Below are positions 8,895-18,852 of a stretch of 64,000 bases of DNA, piece after piece; within the stretch, counting starts at the first letter, position 1, and every line of letters starts with the position of its first letter. The notes under the pieces were generated by a model. The model was given only the letters and a program-made list of their open reading frames with translations, was not told the origin of the DNA and searched no databases. Source of the DNA: an uncultured delta proteobacterium (lineage in GTDB: Bacteria > Myxococcota_A > UBA9160 > SZUA-336); the NCBI GenBank assembly GCA_963704165.1, contig CAVPHD010000003.1:1-64000 (forward strand). Reading direction: 5' to 3'. The position numbers and the translations under genes are program-made.

Positions 8895-10016
8895 GTGAGT
8901 TCCACCGCGAGTCCGCCAGCTGCGCCGGGATCGTTCTCCGAGAAGGCGTTCTACCTGCTCGAGTTCCGCGGGCGGACGCTCGCGATCGCGGCGCCCGCGA
9001 CCGAGTTGCGCCAGCCCGCAAAGCTCGCGGAGGTGGTCGAAGAGCTCTGCGCGAACGGCACGCGCGTGCTTCTGATCTCGACCGAGCGCTCGGCGCTCGA
9101 GGCGCTGGTGGGATCGAACGTGCTCTCGATGGCGACTCCGCGGCTCGAAGGCACGGTCTGGCGCCGGCTTCGGGCCGAGTCGCGCCTCGGCCTGGTCGTC
9201 GGCGGCTCGCTCGCATTTGCGCCGGCGTGCCGCGAGGCCGCGACTCGGCTGGGAATCGCGAAGCTCGTCTGGATCGATCGCGACGGCGGGCTCCTGCGCG
9301 AGAACCGGGAGCGCATCTCCTTCGTGCACCTCGACGAGCTGCGCGAGATCCTGGCCTCGGGTGCGCCGTCGAACCTGCGCCGCGCGGTGCTCCTGCGCGA
9401 GGTCGAGGCGATGCTCGTGGCGGGCGTTCCGGCAGTGAACGTGTGCACGCTCGAAGACCTACCGGATGAGCTCTTCACCTACGCGGGATCGGGCACGCTC
9501 TTCACCCAAGAGCGGTACATGCTCGTGCGCCGGCTCGTGCTCGACGACTACGACGCGGCCTCGGACCTGATCGCGCGCGGTACCGCCGAGGGCTATCTCG
9601 CGCCGCGAGCGGCGGAGCAGCTCGAAGCGGTGCTGGCCAGCGGATTCGGTGCCTTCATCGAGGGGCGACATCTCGCCGGGATCGGCGCGCTCTTGATCGA
9701 CGAGACCTCGCGCTCGGCGGAAATCGCGTCGCTCTACACGCTGACCCGGTTCCTCGGCGAGGGCGTCGGCGCGCACCTGGTCGCTCACGCATTGGCGCGC
9801 GCGCGAGAGCTGGCGCTCGAGTCCGTCTACGCCTGCACCACCTCGGAGCGCGTCGGCGCGTTCTTCGAGCGGAATCTCTTCCGCGCCGTGAATCCGGACG
9901 ACTTGCCCGCATCGAAGTGGCGCGGTTACGACCCGGAGCGGCGCGGTCGCGTTCTCTGTTATCGGATGGATCTGACGCCGCTGGACCCGAAGAAGGGCGC
10001 CGCCGTCTCGAGCTGA
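8895..10016 (+). CDS. ArgA-like amino-acid N-acetyltransferase (reduced kinase-like domain + GNAT)
   Basis: FYLLEFRGRTLAI and ELFTYAGSGT resemble ArgA; GNAT core AEIASLY..GEGVG..FFERNLF. Confidence 0.65.
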   Translation: MSSTASPPAAPGSFSEKAFYLLEFRGRTLAIAAPATELRQPAKLAEVVEELCANGTRVLLISTERSALEALVGSNVLSMATPRLEGTVWRRLRAESRLGLVVGGSLAFAPACREAATRLGIAKLVWIDRDGGLLRENRERISFVHLDELREILASGAPSNLRRAVLLREVEAMLVAGVPAVNVCTLEDLPDELFTYAGSGTLFTQERYMLVRRLVLDDYDAASDLIARGTAEGYLAPRAAEQLEAVLASGFGAFIEGRHLAGIGALLIDETSRSAEIASLYTLTRFLGEGVGAHLVAHALARARELALESVYACTTSERVGAFFERNLFRAVNPDDLPASKWRGYDPERRGRVLCYRMDLTPLDPKKGAAVSS

Positions 10017-10909
10017 AGCGGCCGGTCGTTTCCGACGACTCCGGGTGGCAGCTCGATCGCGCGCGCGTGCAGGCGCATGCGTTCGCCAGGCTCCGCTTCC
10101 GGATCGTAGAGGGGATCGCCGATGATCGGGTGCCCGAGGTGCGCGAGGTGTACGCGGAGCTGGTGCTGTCGGCCGGTCACCGCCTCGAGTTCGAGCTCAC
10201 TCGAAACTCGACCCGCTTGCGCGAGCCGGAGGCGCGTGTGGGCCGGCACGCCCGCGGTATCGACTCGAAAACGTGGCGGCGCGTGTCCCGCACGGATCAG
10301 CGGGAGACGCACGTCGAGCACGGTGCCGTCGCGGAGAAGTCGCTCGCTCGCGTCACCGCGCACACCGGCGTCGTAGAAGCGCCGCACCTCGCCTCGCGCG
10401 AAGGCCGCGGCGATCTTCACCTGAGCCTCCCTCGTCAGGGCGACGAGCACGAGACCCGAGGTCGCGCGGTCGAGTCGGTGCGGAAGCCACGGACCGCCCG
10501 AATCCGAGTGACTCGCCCAGGCGAGCGTGAGAGCGGTGAGCAGCGTGCGCTTGATCGTATTCCCGGCCGGGTGGCAAGGGACGCCCGCGGGTTTCTCGAT
10601 CGCGAGCCAGCCATCGCCCCGCGCGAGCGGCCGAAGCTCGACCAGGTCGTCGAGCGAATCGGCCGTGTCACGGACGCGCTTCTCGATCGTGAGTTCCACA
10701 CGCTGACCGCGAAGCGCCTGCGCGGCCGGACGCGTGGCCGGAACGCCGTCGATCCGGGCGCGGCCGGCACGGATCCAGAGCGCGATTCGCGACCGCGACG
10801 CGAACGGCAGGTGCTGTGCGAGCAGCCGATCGAGTCGCAGACCCTGTTCGTCCGGCAGAACGCGGTGGACGAACTCCTCTTCGGACTCGAGCAGTCGAAG
10901 CACGTCCAT
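9959..10909 (-). CDS. RluA/RluD family pseudouridine synthase with S4 domain
   Basis: RLDRLLA, KPAGVPCHP, HRLDRATSG, TGRQHQLRVH, IIGDPLY. Confidence 0.92.
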   Translation of the reverse strand: MDVLRLLESEEEFVHRVLPDEQGLRLDRLLAQHLPFASRSRIALWIRAGRARIDGVPATRPAAQALRGQRVELTIEKRVRDTADSLDDLVELRPLARGDGWLAIEKPAGVPCHPAGNTIKRTLLTALTLAWASHSDSGGPWLPHRLDRATSGLVLVALTREAQVKIAAAFARGEVRRFYDAGVRGDASERLLRDGTVLDVRLPLIRAGHAPPRFRVDTAGVPAHTRLRLAQAGRVSSELELEAVTGRQHQLRVHLAHLGHPIIGDPLYDPEAEPGERMRLHARAIELPPGVVGNDRPLQLETAAPFFGSSGVRSIR

Positions 10910-10924
10910 GCTCGGAGCTCCGCC

Positions 10925-11305
10925 CTACTCGCCCGCGGCCTCTTCCGCCTCGTGCGCTTCGATCTGGCGGCGCACGTCGTCCATGTCGAGCGCCTTCACC
11001 TTCTGGATCAGATCCTCGAGCGCATCGGCCGGCAGCGCACCCGCCTGCGAGAAGACACAGATCTGCTCGCGGAAGATCATCAGCGTCGGGATCGAGCCGA
11101 TCTCGAATGCGCTCGAGAGCTCGGTCTCCTCGTCGGTGTTCACCTTCGCGAAGACGGCGTCACCGTGCAGCTCCGACGCGGCTTCGAAGACCGGCGCAAA
11201 GCCCCGACAGGGGCCACACCACGGCGCCCAGAAGTCGACGATCACGATGCCGTTCTCGGTGATGCTCCGCTCGAAACTCGAAGCCGTGAGTTCGATGGTC
11301 GCCAC
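10925..11305 (-). CDS. trxA: thioredoxin
   Basis: DFWAPWCGPC, SIPTL. Confidence 0.92.
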   Translation of the reverse strand: MATIELTASSFERSITENGIVIVDFWAPWCGPCRGFAPVFEAASELHGDAVFAKVNTDEETELSSAFEIGSIPTLMIFREQICVFSQAGALPADALEDLIQKVKALDMDDVRRQIEAHEAEEAAGE

Positions 11306-11317
11306 ATGGACTCCAGA

Positions 11318-11686
11318 TCAGGGATTGGGTGGGGTTTGCAGATACTCGCCGGCGACCCAGCCCTCGAGCCCGCCTTCGTCGGGACGGATGCGCTTCCAGC
11401 CGTCCATCTGCTCGATCACTCGGACTTGCGCGCCCTGCGGCAGCTTTCCGACCACCGCGTGCTCGGCCCCGGGTCCGGCGCGGACGTTCAGGCGCGTGGC
11501 CACGACGACCTCGAGCGGGAACGTCTCGATTCCCGGCGGGATGGGAATCTCGGCTTCGGCCACGGGCGGTGGCTCGGCCGTGCGGCACGCGCTCGCGACC
11601 CAGAGGAGCGCGACGATCGCGATCCCCGAGATGAGAGCCGACCCGAGCTTCGTCCCCGAACGTCGATCTGTGTCGGACTGAATCAC
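11318..11686 (-). CDS. bacterial SH3-domain probable lipoprotein
   Basis: GGGAGG RBS before GTG; hydrophobic segment ending VASAC; LNVRAGPG...GW...GWV. Confidence 0.8.
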   Translation of the reverse strand: MIQSDTDRRSGTKLGSALISGIAIVALLWVASACRTAEPPPVAEAEIPIPPGIETFPLEVVVATRLNVRAGPGAEHAVVGKLPQGAQVRVIEQMDGWKRIRPDEGGLEGWVAGEYLQTPPNP

Positions 11687-11733
11687 GAACCCTCCCGTGT
11701 TTCGCGAGAACGCGAAGCTATCACGGAACGCCG

Positions 11734-12600
11734 TCAGCGGCGAAGCGTGAGCTGCAGCGTGCTGAAGGCCTGATCGGAGAGCGCGACGTCCGGGTCGAGC
11801 GCCTCGACGTAGATGCTGGTCGAGGTCTTCTCCTTCAGGTTGTACATGGTCGATCGCGTCGCGATCCAGGCACCATCGAAGTTCTGGATGCTCGCGGCCT
11901 CCGCGATCATCTCGCGCATCTCGACGCCGTTCTCGTCTCGATAGAGCGTGCGCAGCGGGACGTAGTGCTCGCGGTCGATCCAGGTCCGCATGGTCTGATA
12001 CTCGGAATCGACGAAGGGCTTCATCGTCACCTCGAGCACGAAGGCACCGACGCCGTCCATGATCTCGTCGGGAAGGCGCCGGTATTCCGCATCCTCGATG
12101 CTCTTCCAGCCGATGTCGTCGAAGGTGTAGTCCGTGCCCATGATCCCGACGCCCGATAGCCGTACGCGGCGGACCCGGCCCGTCGCCGGTGACCAGACGA
12201 ACTGGTCGTTCGAGCGGTCCTTGTTGACGACCATCAGGAAGCCCGTCTGGCGCATGTCCTCGGGCGCCGAGAACTTCAGCAACGTCTTCGCGATCACGCC
12301 CTCGACGGCCTGCTTGTTCTCGTCTCGGTAGTCCTTCCAGCGAACCCAGAAGCGCGAGCGCTGTTCGTTGCCGCCCGGATCTCGCGAGATGACCGTCTGC
12401 CACTGCACGGCGGAGTGCAGGCGGTTGTCGAGGAATCGGTCGAAGATCTCGCGTCCGCTGAGCGAGGAGCCTTCGGGGATCGCGTCCTCGATCTCCTCAC
12501 GGGCCGGCAGCTCGATCTCCCCCGCGTCCGAATGCACGGACGAACCCGCGAGCAGCAGAGACGGGAGAATCAGGAGGAGTCGGCGGAGGCGCGGCGACAT
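11734..12600 (-). CDS. outer-membrane lipoprotein-sorting (LolA-like) protein
   Basis: Signal peptide; FSAPEDMRQTGFL, GTDYTFDDI, WIDRE motifs. Confidence 0.8.
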   Translation of the reverse strand: MSPRLRRLLLILPSLLLAGSSVHSDAGEIELPAREEIEDAIPEGSSLSGREIFDRFLDNRLHSAVQWQTVISRDPGGNEQRSRFWVRWKDYRDENKQAVEGVIAKTLLKFSAPEDMRQTGFLMVVNKDRSNDQFVWSPATGRVRRVRLSGVGIMGTDYTFDDIGWKSIEDAEYRRLPDEIMDGVGAFVLEVTMKPFVDSEYQTMRTWIDREHYVPLRTLYRDENGVEMREMIAEAASIQNFDGAWIATRSTMYNLKEKTSTSIYVEALDPDVALSDQAFSTLQLTLRR

Positions 12601-12688
12601 GGCCGTTGGTATCGCCGAAACGCCCGTCGGGAGTCAACCCTACGTCGGGCTGGCGCAAGTTGCGCGCGAGGCGCAGCTTGCACGCAAG

Positions 12689-13823
12689 ATGACCAAGCTC
12701 GCGACCGCCATCGTCACTGGAGTCCAGGTCTCCGATCAGACCGAGCGCGAGGTCGATCGGGAGTTCAAGGCACTGCTCGCCGCCGGCGCGCGAATCCGCT
12801 GCGCCGGGGCCGCGAAGGCCGACCCCGTCGACCTTCTCGTTCGGCGCTATCCGCCGCGTCACAAGCTGCGTCTCTTCGACACGGTCTTCCATCTGGCCCA
12901 CCTGCGAATGGACGTGAATGCCCGCTTCTTCGTGACCTATGTTCTCACGGACGCAGACCGCGCGGTCGCTCCCGGACGACGCGTCCTGTTTCCGCGGATC
13001 TTCTACAAGGATGCGTCGCTGATCTGGCGCTCGGCGAGTCACTTCGCGCGCTCCGAAAGCGAGAACTGGATCGGCAAGGGCGACCTGAAGTGGGTCGTCG
13101 AGCACGGCGTTCGCGCTCAGTACACCGCGGAAGAGACGACGAACCTGCCGTTCGAGATGCAGGCGGTGCTCGACTCCCTGACTCGCGCGGTGCCCCGACG
13201 CGCCGCGTCGCGACGAGCGCGCGATGTCGCTCGTGCTCCGGCGTGCGCCGGATCATCGCATCGAGCCGTACGCCGATTTCACCGCACCCCGACGCAGAGC
13301 CCAGGCCGACCCGCGCAATCGAATCCACGGCGGAAAGCCGATCGCCCGGTTCACGCGCGCGGGCGATCCGACATCGCTCCGATTCGTCCGCGGCTACGAG
13401 CCGGACTTCGCGAGCGGAATCCTCGAGGTCTACTCGATCGGCAGTCGATTGTACGGAGGCGAAATCCGCAAGTTCCGGATCCTCTCTGCGAACCGAAGGA
13501 TTCAGTGGCAGTTCGTCGCCGCCCCGCGCCAGGTCTGGATCGTTCCACCCCAGACCCTCACGACCGAGCTGTCGAGCTTCGGTGTGCGTACGATCGACGT
13601 CAACGCCGACGAGGATCTCTTCGTGCCCGGTTACGAGTACCACTTCATGGACGATGCCGAGGATCCTCCGCGGCTCTACAGCCAGATCCCCGCGGGTTTC
13701 GTCGGCGCGATCAGCGAGGTGGATCCCGCCCGTGCCGACGCCTCGCCGTGGCTCGAGCGGCTGCCCGTGCTCCAGGATTTCCGAAAGGCGATCGGTCATC
13801 CTGCTCCGATCGCGACGAGATGA
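12689..13823 (+). CDS. hypothetical protein (~377 aa; one frameshift near 13200)
   Basis: Coding-like composition from MTKLATAIV, continuing into ORF 13224..13823; no family recognised. Confidence 0.7.
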
Positions 13824-13872
13824 GGGGACGACGCATGCACATCGCGCGACGGATCGCGCTGTCGGGCCGATC

Positions 13873-14940
13873 GTGAACGAGCTCGGGTTCTACACGCTCG
13901 CGGGGCAACCGAAGTCGCCGCGCGAGATCGTGGACGAGATCCGCACCGGCGAAGCTCTCGGTCTGGGCTCCGCGTTCATATCCGAGCGATTCAACGTGAA
14001 AGAGGCCGCGACGCTCTCGGGCGCGGCGGGTGCGGTGTCGACGAGGCTCGGGATCGCGACCGCCGCGACCAATCACAACACGCGACACCCGATGGTGACG
14101 GCGGCCTACGCGATGACGATGCACCACCTGACCGGCGGGCGGTTCTCGCTCGGTCTGGGTCGCGGAATCGCGCCGATGTTCAAGGCCTACGGCCTGCCGA
14201 AGATCACCACCGCGCAGATCGAGGACTTCGTCGGAATCCTGCGGCGGCTCTTCCGCGGCGAGACGATCTTCGCGCACGACGGACCGGCGGGTCGATATCC
14301 GCTCCTCTCGCTCGGACCCGACTACGCCGGCGAGATTCCGCTGACGTTCACCGCGTTCGGCCCGAATTCGCTCGCACTCGGCGGTCGCGCCTTCGACGCC
14401 GTCGTGCTCCACACGTTCTTCAGCGACGAGACGACCGCGCGGTGCGTGCGCGCGGTGAAGCAGGCCGCCGAAGACGCGGGCCGGGATCCCGACCGGGTGC
14501 GGGTCTGGTCGTGCTACGCGACGGTCGGAGACCACCTTCCCGAGCCGCTTCGCCTGAAGAAGACGGTGGGTCGCATGGCGACCTACCTGCAGGCCTACGG
14601 AGACCTGATGGTCGAGACGAACCGCTGGGATCCGGCGCCGCTCGCGCGCTTTCGCGCGGATCCGCTCGTGTCGCGATTTCCGGGCGCGATCGACGCGAAG
14701 GCCACGACCGAGCAGCTCGAGCAGATCGCCACGCTGATTCCGGAGGCGTGGTTGGCCGCAGCCGCCACCGGAAGTCCCGCGGCGTGTGTCGCGAAGATCG
14801 AGAACCAGTTCGCGCTCGGCTGCGACGGCGTGATCCTGCACGGCGCGACACCGACGGAGCTCGAGCCGATCGTCGCGGCCTATCGGAGGACGCGCGTGGC
14901 CGAGCGCTTCGCCCACTTGCGCGCGAACCCCGCCGCCTGA
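13873..14940 (+). CDS. LLM-class (luciferase-like) probable F420-dependent oxidoreductase, TIGR03857-like
   Basis: NELGFYTLAG, FISERFNVKEA, TAATNHNTRHP, GRFSLGLGRG; start uncertain. Confidence 0.8.
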   Translation: MNELGFYTLAGQPKSPREIVDEIRTGEALGLGSAFISERFNVKEAATLSGAAGAVSTRLGIATAATNHNTRHPMVTAAYAMTMHHLTGGRFSLGLGRGIAPMFKAYGLPKITTAQIEDFVGILRRLFRGETIFAHDGPAGRYPLLSLGPDYAGEIPLTFTAFGPNSLALGGRAFDAVVLHTFFSDETTARCVRAVKQAAEDAGRDPDRVRVWSCYATVGDHLPEPLRLKKTVGRMATYLQAYGDLMVETNRWDPAPLARFRADPLVSRFPGAIDAKATTEQLEQIATLIPEAWLAAAATGSPAACVAKIENQFALGCDGVILHGATPTELEPIVAAYRRTRVAERFAHLRANPAA

Positions 14941-14947
14941 GCGGGCC

Positions 14948-15550
14948 CTACTCCGTCGGCTTCGGCGGGAAGATCTTCCGCAGAAGAGCGTCGGTGGGCA
15001 GCCCGACGTAGCGACGAAAGCGCCAGTGTCGGTAGACGAACTCGGCCGAGAAGAGCGCGCCCATGGCCAGATACGAGAGCGCCCCCGTGTAGAGCGCCCA
15101 GCTCTCGCGCGTGCCGTAGAGCGCGAGTCCCGAGATGAGGCCCGCGTTCGCGAGGAAGAACACGCACCAGACCGCCGTCACCGCGCGGCAGTAGGCGCGC
15201 TCCTCGGCCGAGAGCGTGCGGGCCTGGGTGCGCGCGAGCGTTTCGACGATCGTCTCGCTCGCGGCGAACGACGCGGCAAAGGTCGCAAGCAGCGCGACGT
15301 TCACGAGCGCCGGTCCGAGAAGCAGCGCCCGCGGGTCGTTCCAGATCGACGACGTCCCGCTCGAAACGATGATCGCGGCGGTGATCGGGCCACCGAGACG
15401 CGTATACGCGGCCAGGCCCTTCGGCATCGCGACGGCGCGTCGCAGCACGTACAGCGCGAGAATCGCGAGCCCGAGCGTCCGCGGCGACGCCACATGAAGG
15501 GCGAAATAGACGAGCACGGGAAACGCGAGCGCGAGCAGGATCTGGAGCAA
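14948..15550 (-). CDS. COG4648-like membrane protein
   Basis: GGAGG before TTG; PALVN, YCRAVTAVWCVFF, WALYTGALSY, EFVYR. Confidence 0.7.
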   Translation of the reverse strand: MLQILLALAFPVLVYFALHVASPRTLGLAILALYVLRRAVAMPKGLAAYTRLGGPITAAIIVSSGTSSIWNDPRALLLGPALVNVALLATFAASFAASETIVETLARTQARTLSAEERAYCRAVTAVWCVFFLANAGLISGLALYGTRESWALYTGALSYLAMGALFSAEFVYRHWRFRRYVGLPTDALLRKIFPPKPTE

Positions 15551-15656
15551 GAGAACGCCTCCCCCGTTTCGAGTCGCTCGAAACCTTCGAGCCGGCGCGA
15601 CGAGCGCAGGCCTAGTGTATTCTCGGACGCGTGCGACGGAAGGGACGGGCAGGCAC

Positions 15657-16601
15657 GTGAGTCGCAGCGGCGGCTGGGCCAGCATGGCCGAGAGCGGATC
15701 GCTCGCCTGGCTCTTCATCTTGCGGGCGTTCTACCGCACGTTCGGCCGCCGCGCGTCGGTGATGCTGCTCAAACCGATCGTCTCGTACTTCTTCGTCACC
15801 GGACGCACCTCGCGTCCCGCATCGCTCGACTACCTGCGCACCCTCTGGGCGACGCCCCGAGGCCGGATCGCGCTCGGTGAACCACCGAACCTTCGCCACG
15901 TGTTCCGACACCTGCACGCCTTCGCAGAGAACCTTCTCGACCGCATGATCCTGTGGAGCGGAGACGAGACCTCGATCCGGATCGACAACGTCGGCCACGA
16001 ACACCTCGCCGCGCTCGTGCGCGAGGGACGTGGCGGGATCCTGCTCAGCTCGCACATCGGAAGCTTCGACATGCTCCGCGCACTCTCGGCCGAGTCGGGC
16101 ATCGTGCTGAACGTGCTGATGTTCACGCGCCACGCCGTCCGCATCAATTCGTTCTTCGAACGGCTGCAGGCGGGGCGCAACCTGCGCTTGATCCGATTCG
16201 AACCGGGCACCCTGGACGCCGCCTTCGAGATGCGCGCCGCCATCGAGCGCGGGGAGTTCGTCGGAATCCTCGGCGATCGCGTGTGGCCGTCCGAGCGCGA
16301 GCGAACCGTTCGAGTGTCGTTCCTCGGACGAGACGCGAGTTTTCCGCTCGGCCCCTTCCTGCTTCAAGGCGTCCTCGGCTGTCCGATGCTCTACACGTCG
16401 TGCATCCGCACCGGACCTGCGCACTACACCGCGACGACGCAGGTCTTCGCGCCCGGCGGCATCGCCGCGCGCGCCGAGCGCGCAAAGCACGCCGAGGAAC
16501 TCGTCCAGAGGTACGCCGCGATGCTCGAAGATGGGTGTGTCGAGGCACCGTACCAATGGTTCAACTTCTTCGAGTTCTGGCGCGACGCCGCCGAAGGCTG
16601 A
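15657..16601 (+). CDS. LpxL/LpxP-family acyltransferase (type found in aryl-polyene/fatty-acid clusters)
   Basis: SSHIGSFD (H-x4-D), ILGDR, FLGRDASFPLGPF, PYQWFNFFEFW. Confidence 0.8.
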   Translation: MSRSGGWASMAESGSLAWLFILRAFYRTFGRRASVMLLKPIVSYFFVTGRTSRPASLDYLRTLWATPRGRIALGEPPNLRHVFRHLHAFAENLLDRMILWSGDETSIRIDNVGHEHLAALVREGRGGILLSSHIGSFDMLRALSAESGIVLNVLMFTRHAVRINSFFERLQAGRNLRLIRFEPGTLDAAFEMRAAIERGEFVGILGDRVWPSERERTVRVSFLGRDASFPLGPFLLQGVLGCPMLYTSCIRTGPAHYTATTQVFAPGGIAARAERAKHAEELVQRYAAMLEDGCVEAPYQWFNFFEFWRDAAEG

Positions 16602-16611
16602 GCCGCCCCCC

Positions 16612-17634
16612 TCAGCGGGAAGCTGGGCCGAGAAGCGACTGCTTCTGCAGATCGGCGTAGAGAACCTCCGCGAACACCCGGTGCGCCGCTGCGTTGGGGT
16701 GCGGGTCGATCTCGTCGACGCTGAGATCCTTGAAGTGAGTGCCCTCGAAGGCGGGCACGGTATTCGAGAAGTGGAGGCCGGACTTCAGCACTCGAGTCCC
16801 GACTTCCTCGGCGAGTTCATGGCTCGAGTAGTCGTGGTCGAGCTCCACCACGCAGATCGGCACGCCCGACGCTTCGCTGATCTCCCGGAGCTCGGCCAGC
16901 TCGAGTTCGAGCTTCTCCAGGCTCTTCTCCTGCTTGTCGAGATACCTCGTCGCGTCCCCGAAGAGATGAACGACGACGCGACTCTTCTTGAACAGCTGGA
17001 GTGCGAAGCTCTGGAAGAAGTTGGCCTCCCGCTTCTTCGGGACGAACCTCCGCTTCGTCCCCGTCTCGTCCGCCAGCTTGGTGCCGTCGAGAACGAAGAG
17101 AATCAGGTCGGGTTCGTAGGCGAACGCCTTCGCCCTCAGCGTCGCGATCTTGTTCTTCGTGGCGTAACCACCGACGCCGAAGTTCAAGAATTCGTATCGC
17201 GTGCCGCGTGATTCCCGGTTGAGCCGGTTCTCGAGGACCGTGTGAAAGGCAACGTCGATGCCCAGGCCGGAGGGCAGCGTGTAGGACCCGCCGATCACCG
17301 CGACCCGGAAGGTGTCGGGAGGCTTCTCGACGGAGTACTCCTCGTCCCGGAGACCGTGCGAGTTCGTCTTGAATTCCGCGAGCTTGAAGTACGAGTCCAG
17401 GTTCGGCTTCAGCTCGTAGACGATGCCGGGGTCGCTCGACGCCTGGAGGATTCCGGCGCTTCGCAGCGAACCGATACTGTCCATCTCGCGGTAGCTGAAG
17501 GCCGCCGCGCCGTAGATGTAGACCCGGACCGTCTGTTCGAGGAGGAGCGAGAACACTACGACCAGAGTCGCGATGACGATCAAGTCGTTCCGGTGGACCG
17601 CGAAGTACTTCCGAATGCTGCTCGAGATGGCCAT
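16612..17634 (-). CDS. SGNH/GDSL hydrolase-like protein, membrane-anchored
   Basis: TNSHGLRD, RVAVIGGSYT (block I variant), NFGVGGY, DPHPN (DxH). Confidence 0.8.
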   Translation of the reverse strand: MAISSSIRKYFAVHRNDLIVIATLVVVFSLLLEQTVRVYIYGAAAFSYREMDSIGSLRSAGILQASSDPGIVYELKPNLDSYFKLAEFKTNSHGLRDEEYSVEKPPDTFRVAVIGGSYTLPSGLGIDVAFHTVLENRLNRESRGTRYEFLNFGVGGYATKNKIATLRAKAFAYEPDLILFVLDGTKLADETGTKRRFVPKKREANFFQSFALQLFKKSRVVVHLFGDATRYLDKQEKSLEKLELELAELREISEASGVPICVVELDHDYSSHELAEEVGTRVLKSGLHFSNTVPAFEGTHFKDLSVDEIDPHPNAAAHRVFAEVLYADLQKQSLLGPASR

Positions 17635-17657
17635 GACGTGTACCGCAGATCCGAGCG

Positions 17658-17792
17658 CTAGAAGATCTGGTACTTGAAGCCGCCGCTCTGGGGCCCCTCC
17701 GACGTCGCGATGAGAAAGATCGTCAGAAGGATGAAGATCAGTAGCGCCGTGAGAATGTAGTACTTGTACCTCGACAAGAACGCCTTCAGCAT
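17658..17792 (-). CDS. 44-aa DUF5989/SxtK-like small membrane protein
   Basis: MLKAFLSRYKYYILTALLIFILLTIFLIATSEGPQSGGFKYQIF; basic-aromatic start, TM helix, FxYxIF end; start overlaps upstream stop. Confidence 0.75.
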   Translation of the reverse strand: MLKAFLSRYKYYILTALLIFILLTIFLIATSEGPQSGGFKYQIF

Positions 17793-18769
17793 CACTCCCC
17801 GCCTCTTCTCGCGACGAACTCCGTGATCGACTCCGCAATCCCGCGATGTGCGAGCTCGTTGGGATGTGCGTCGTCGTAGCTGACCCAGAGGTCCATCGGA
17901 TTCGCCTGATCCTCGAACAGCGCCGCCAGGTTCACGTGGTCGATCTCGTTGCGTTCGAGGAACGCCGATATGTCGCCGTAGACGCCCGCGAAGATCTCGT
18001 TCTTCGGATCGTGAAGCTCGGGCAGCAAGACCACCTGTAGCTGAATGCCGTTCTTCGAGCATGTCTCGGCGAGCTTCAGGAGCGCGGCCCGCGAGTTCTT
18101 CCAACCGTCGCGATCTTCCTCGTACAACCCCGCGTAGTAGTCCTTGAAGCTTCCCGACGGGAAGTAGTTGTCCATCATCGCGTTGATTCGAGACCAGTAG
18201 AACGAGACCAGCTCGGAATACCCGAGAAACCACAGCTTCGATTTCGCGGGCGTCGATTCGGCGTCGTTGATGAAGTAGAAGAGGACGACCTTGTCGGGCT
18301 CGTACTTCAGCCCCTTCTCGAGGAAGAGCTCGACTTCCTGCTCGGTGTTGTAGTTCCCGGTGCCGAAGTTGAGGATCTCCGTGGGGCTCGACTCGTTCAG
18401 CTTCGCCTCGAGGAGGTACTGAAACGTCCCCTCCTGCTTCACTCCCCAGCCGAAGGTGAGGGAGTCGCCGAGGAAGACGATCCTGAACGCACCGCCCTTC
18501 GAGACCGGATACTCGATGTCGCGGAGGCCGTCCGAATTGATGTCGACGTCCACGTTCATCAAGCGCATGGACGAGTTCGGCCGGTGCACGTGCCCGATCC
18601 GGGGATTCTCCGAATCCTGCTTCATGCCCAGCGCGTAGCGCGTCATCTCGATGTCGTACGCGGTGTTGAAGCGAAGGTACACCCGGATCAGGGTCTCCCC
18701 GAAGATCAGGAAGAGACCGAACGCCATCAGAACGGCGAGGATCTTCTTCAGCGCTTCTCTGAAATTCAA
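17792..18769 (-). CDS. SGNH/GDSL hydrolase-like protein
   Basis: INSDGLRD, FLGDSLTFGWG, NFGTGNY, INDA, DAHPN. Confidence 0.85.
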   Translation of the reverse strand: MNFREALKKILAVLMAFGLFLIFGETLIRVYLRFNTAYDIEMTRYALGMKQDSENPRIGHVHRPNSSMRLMNVDVDINSDGLRDIEYPVSKGGAFRIVFLGDSLTFGWGVKQEGTFQYLLEAKLNESSPTEILNFGTGNYNTEQEVELFLEKGLKYEPDKVVLFYFINDAESTPAKSKLWFLGYSELVSFYWSRINAMMDNYFPSGSFKDYYAGLYEEDRDGWKNSRAALLKLAETCSKNGIQLQVVLLPELHDPKNEIFAGVYGDISAFLERNEIDHVNLAALFEDQANPMDLWVSYDDAHPNELAHRGIAESITEFVARRGGE

Positions 18770-18852
18770 CGCGGCTCCATCTCGTCTCGACCGAGGCGGG
18801 ACGTTACCGAACCCGGTTCCCCGGCGGAAGTCGCGATCCGGGCTCGAGGCTT

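Noticed and set aside
12415..14940. 841-aa ORF suggesting an extended LLM protein
   Set aside because: Only the last ~355 aa are LLM-like; the rest overlaps other genes out of frame.
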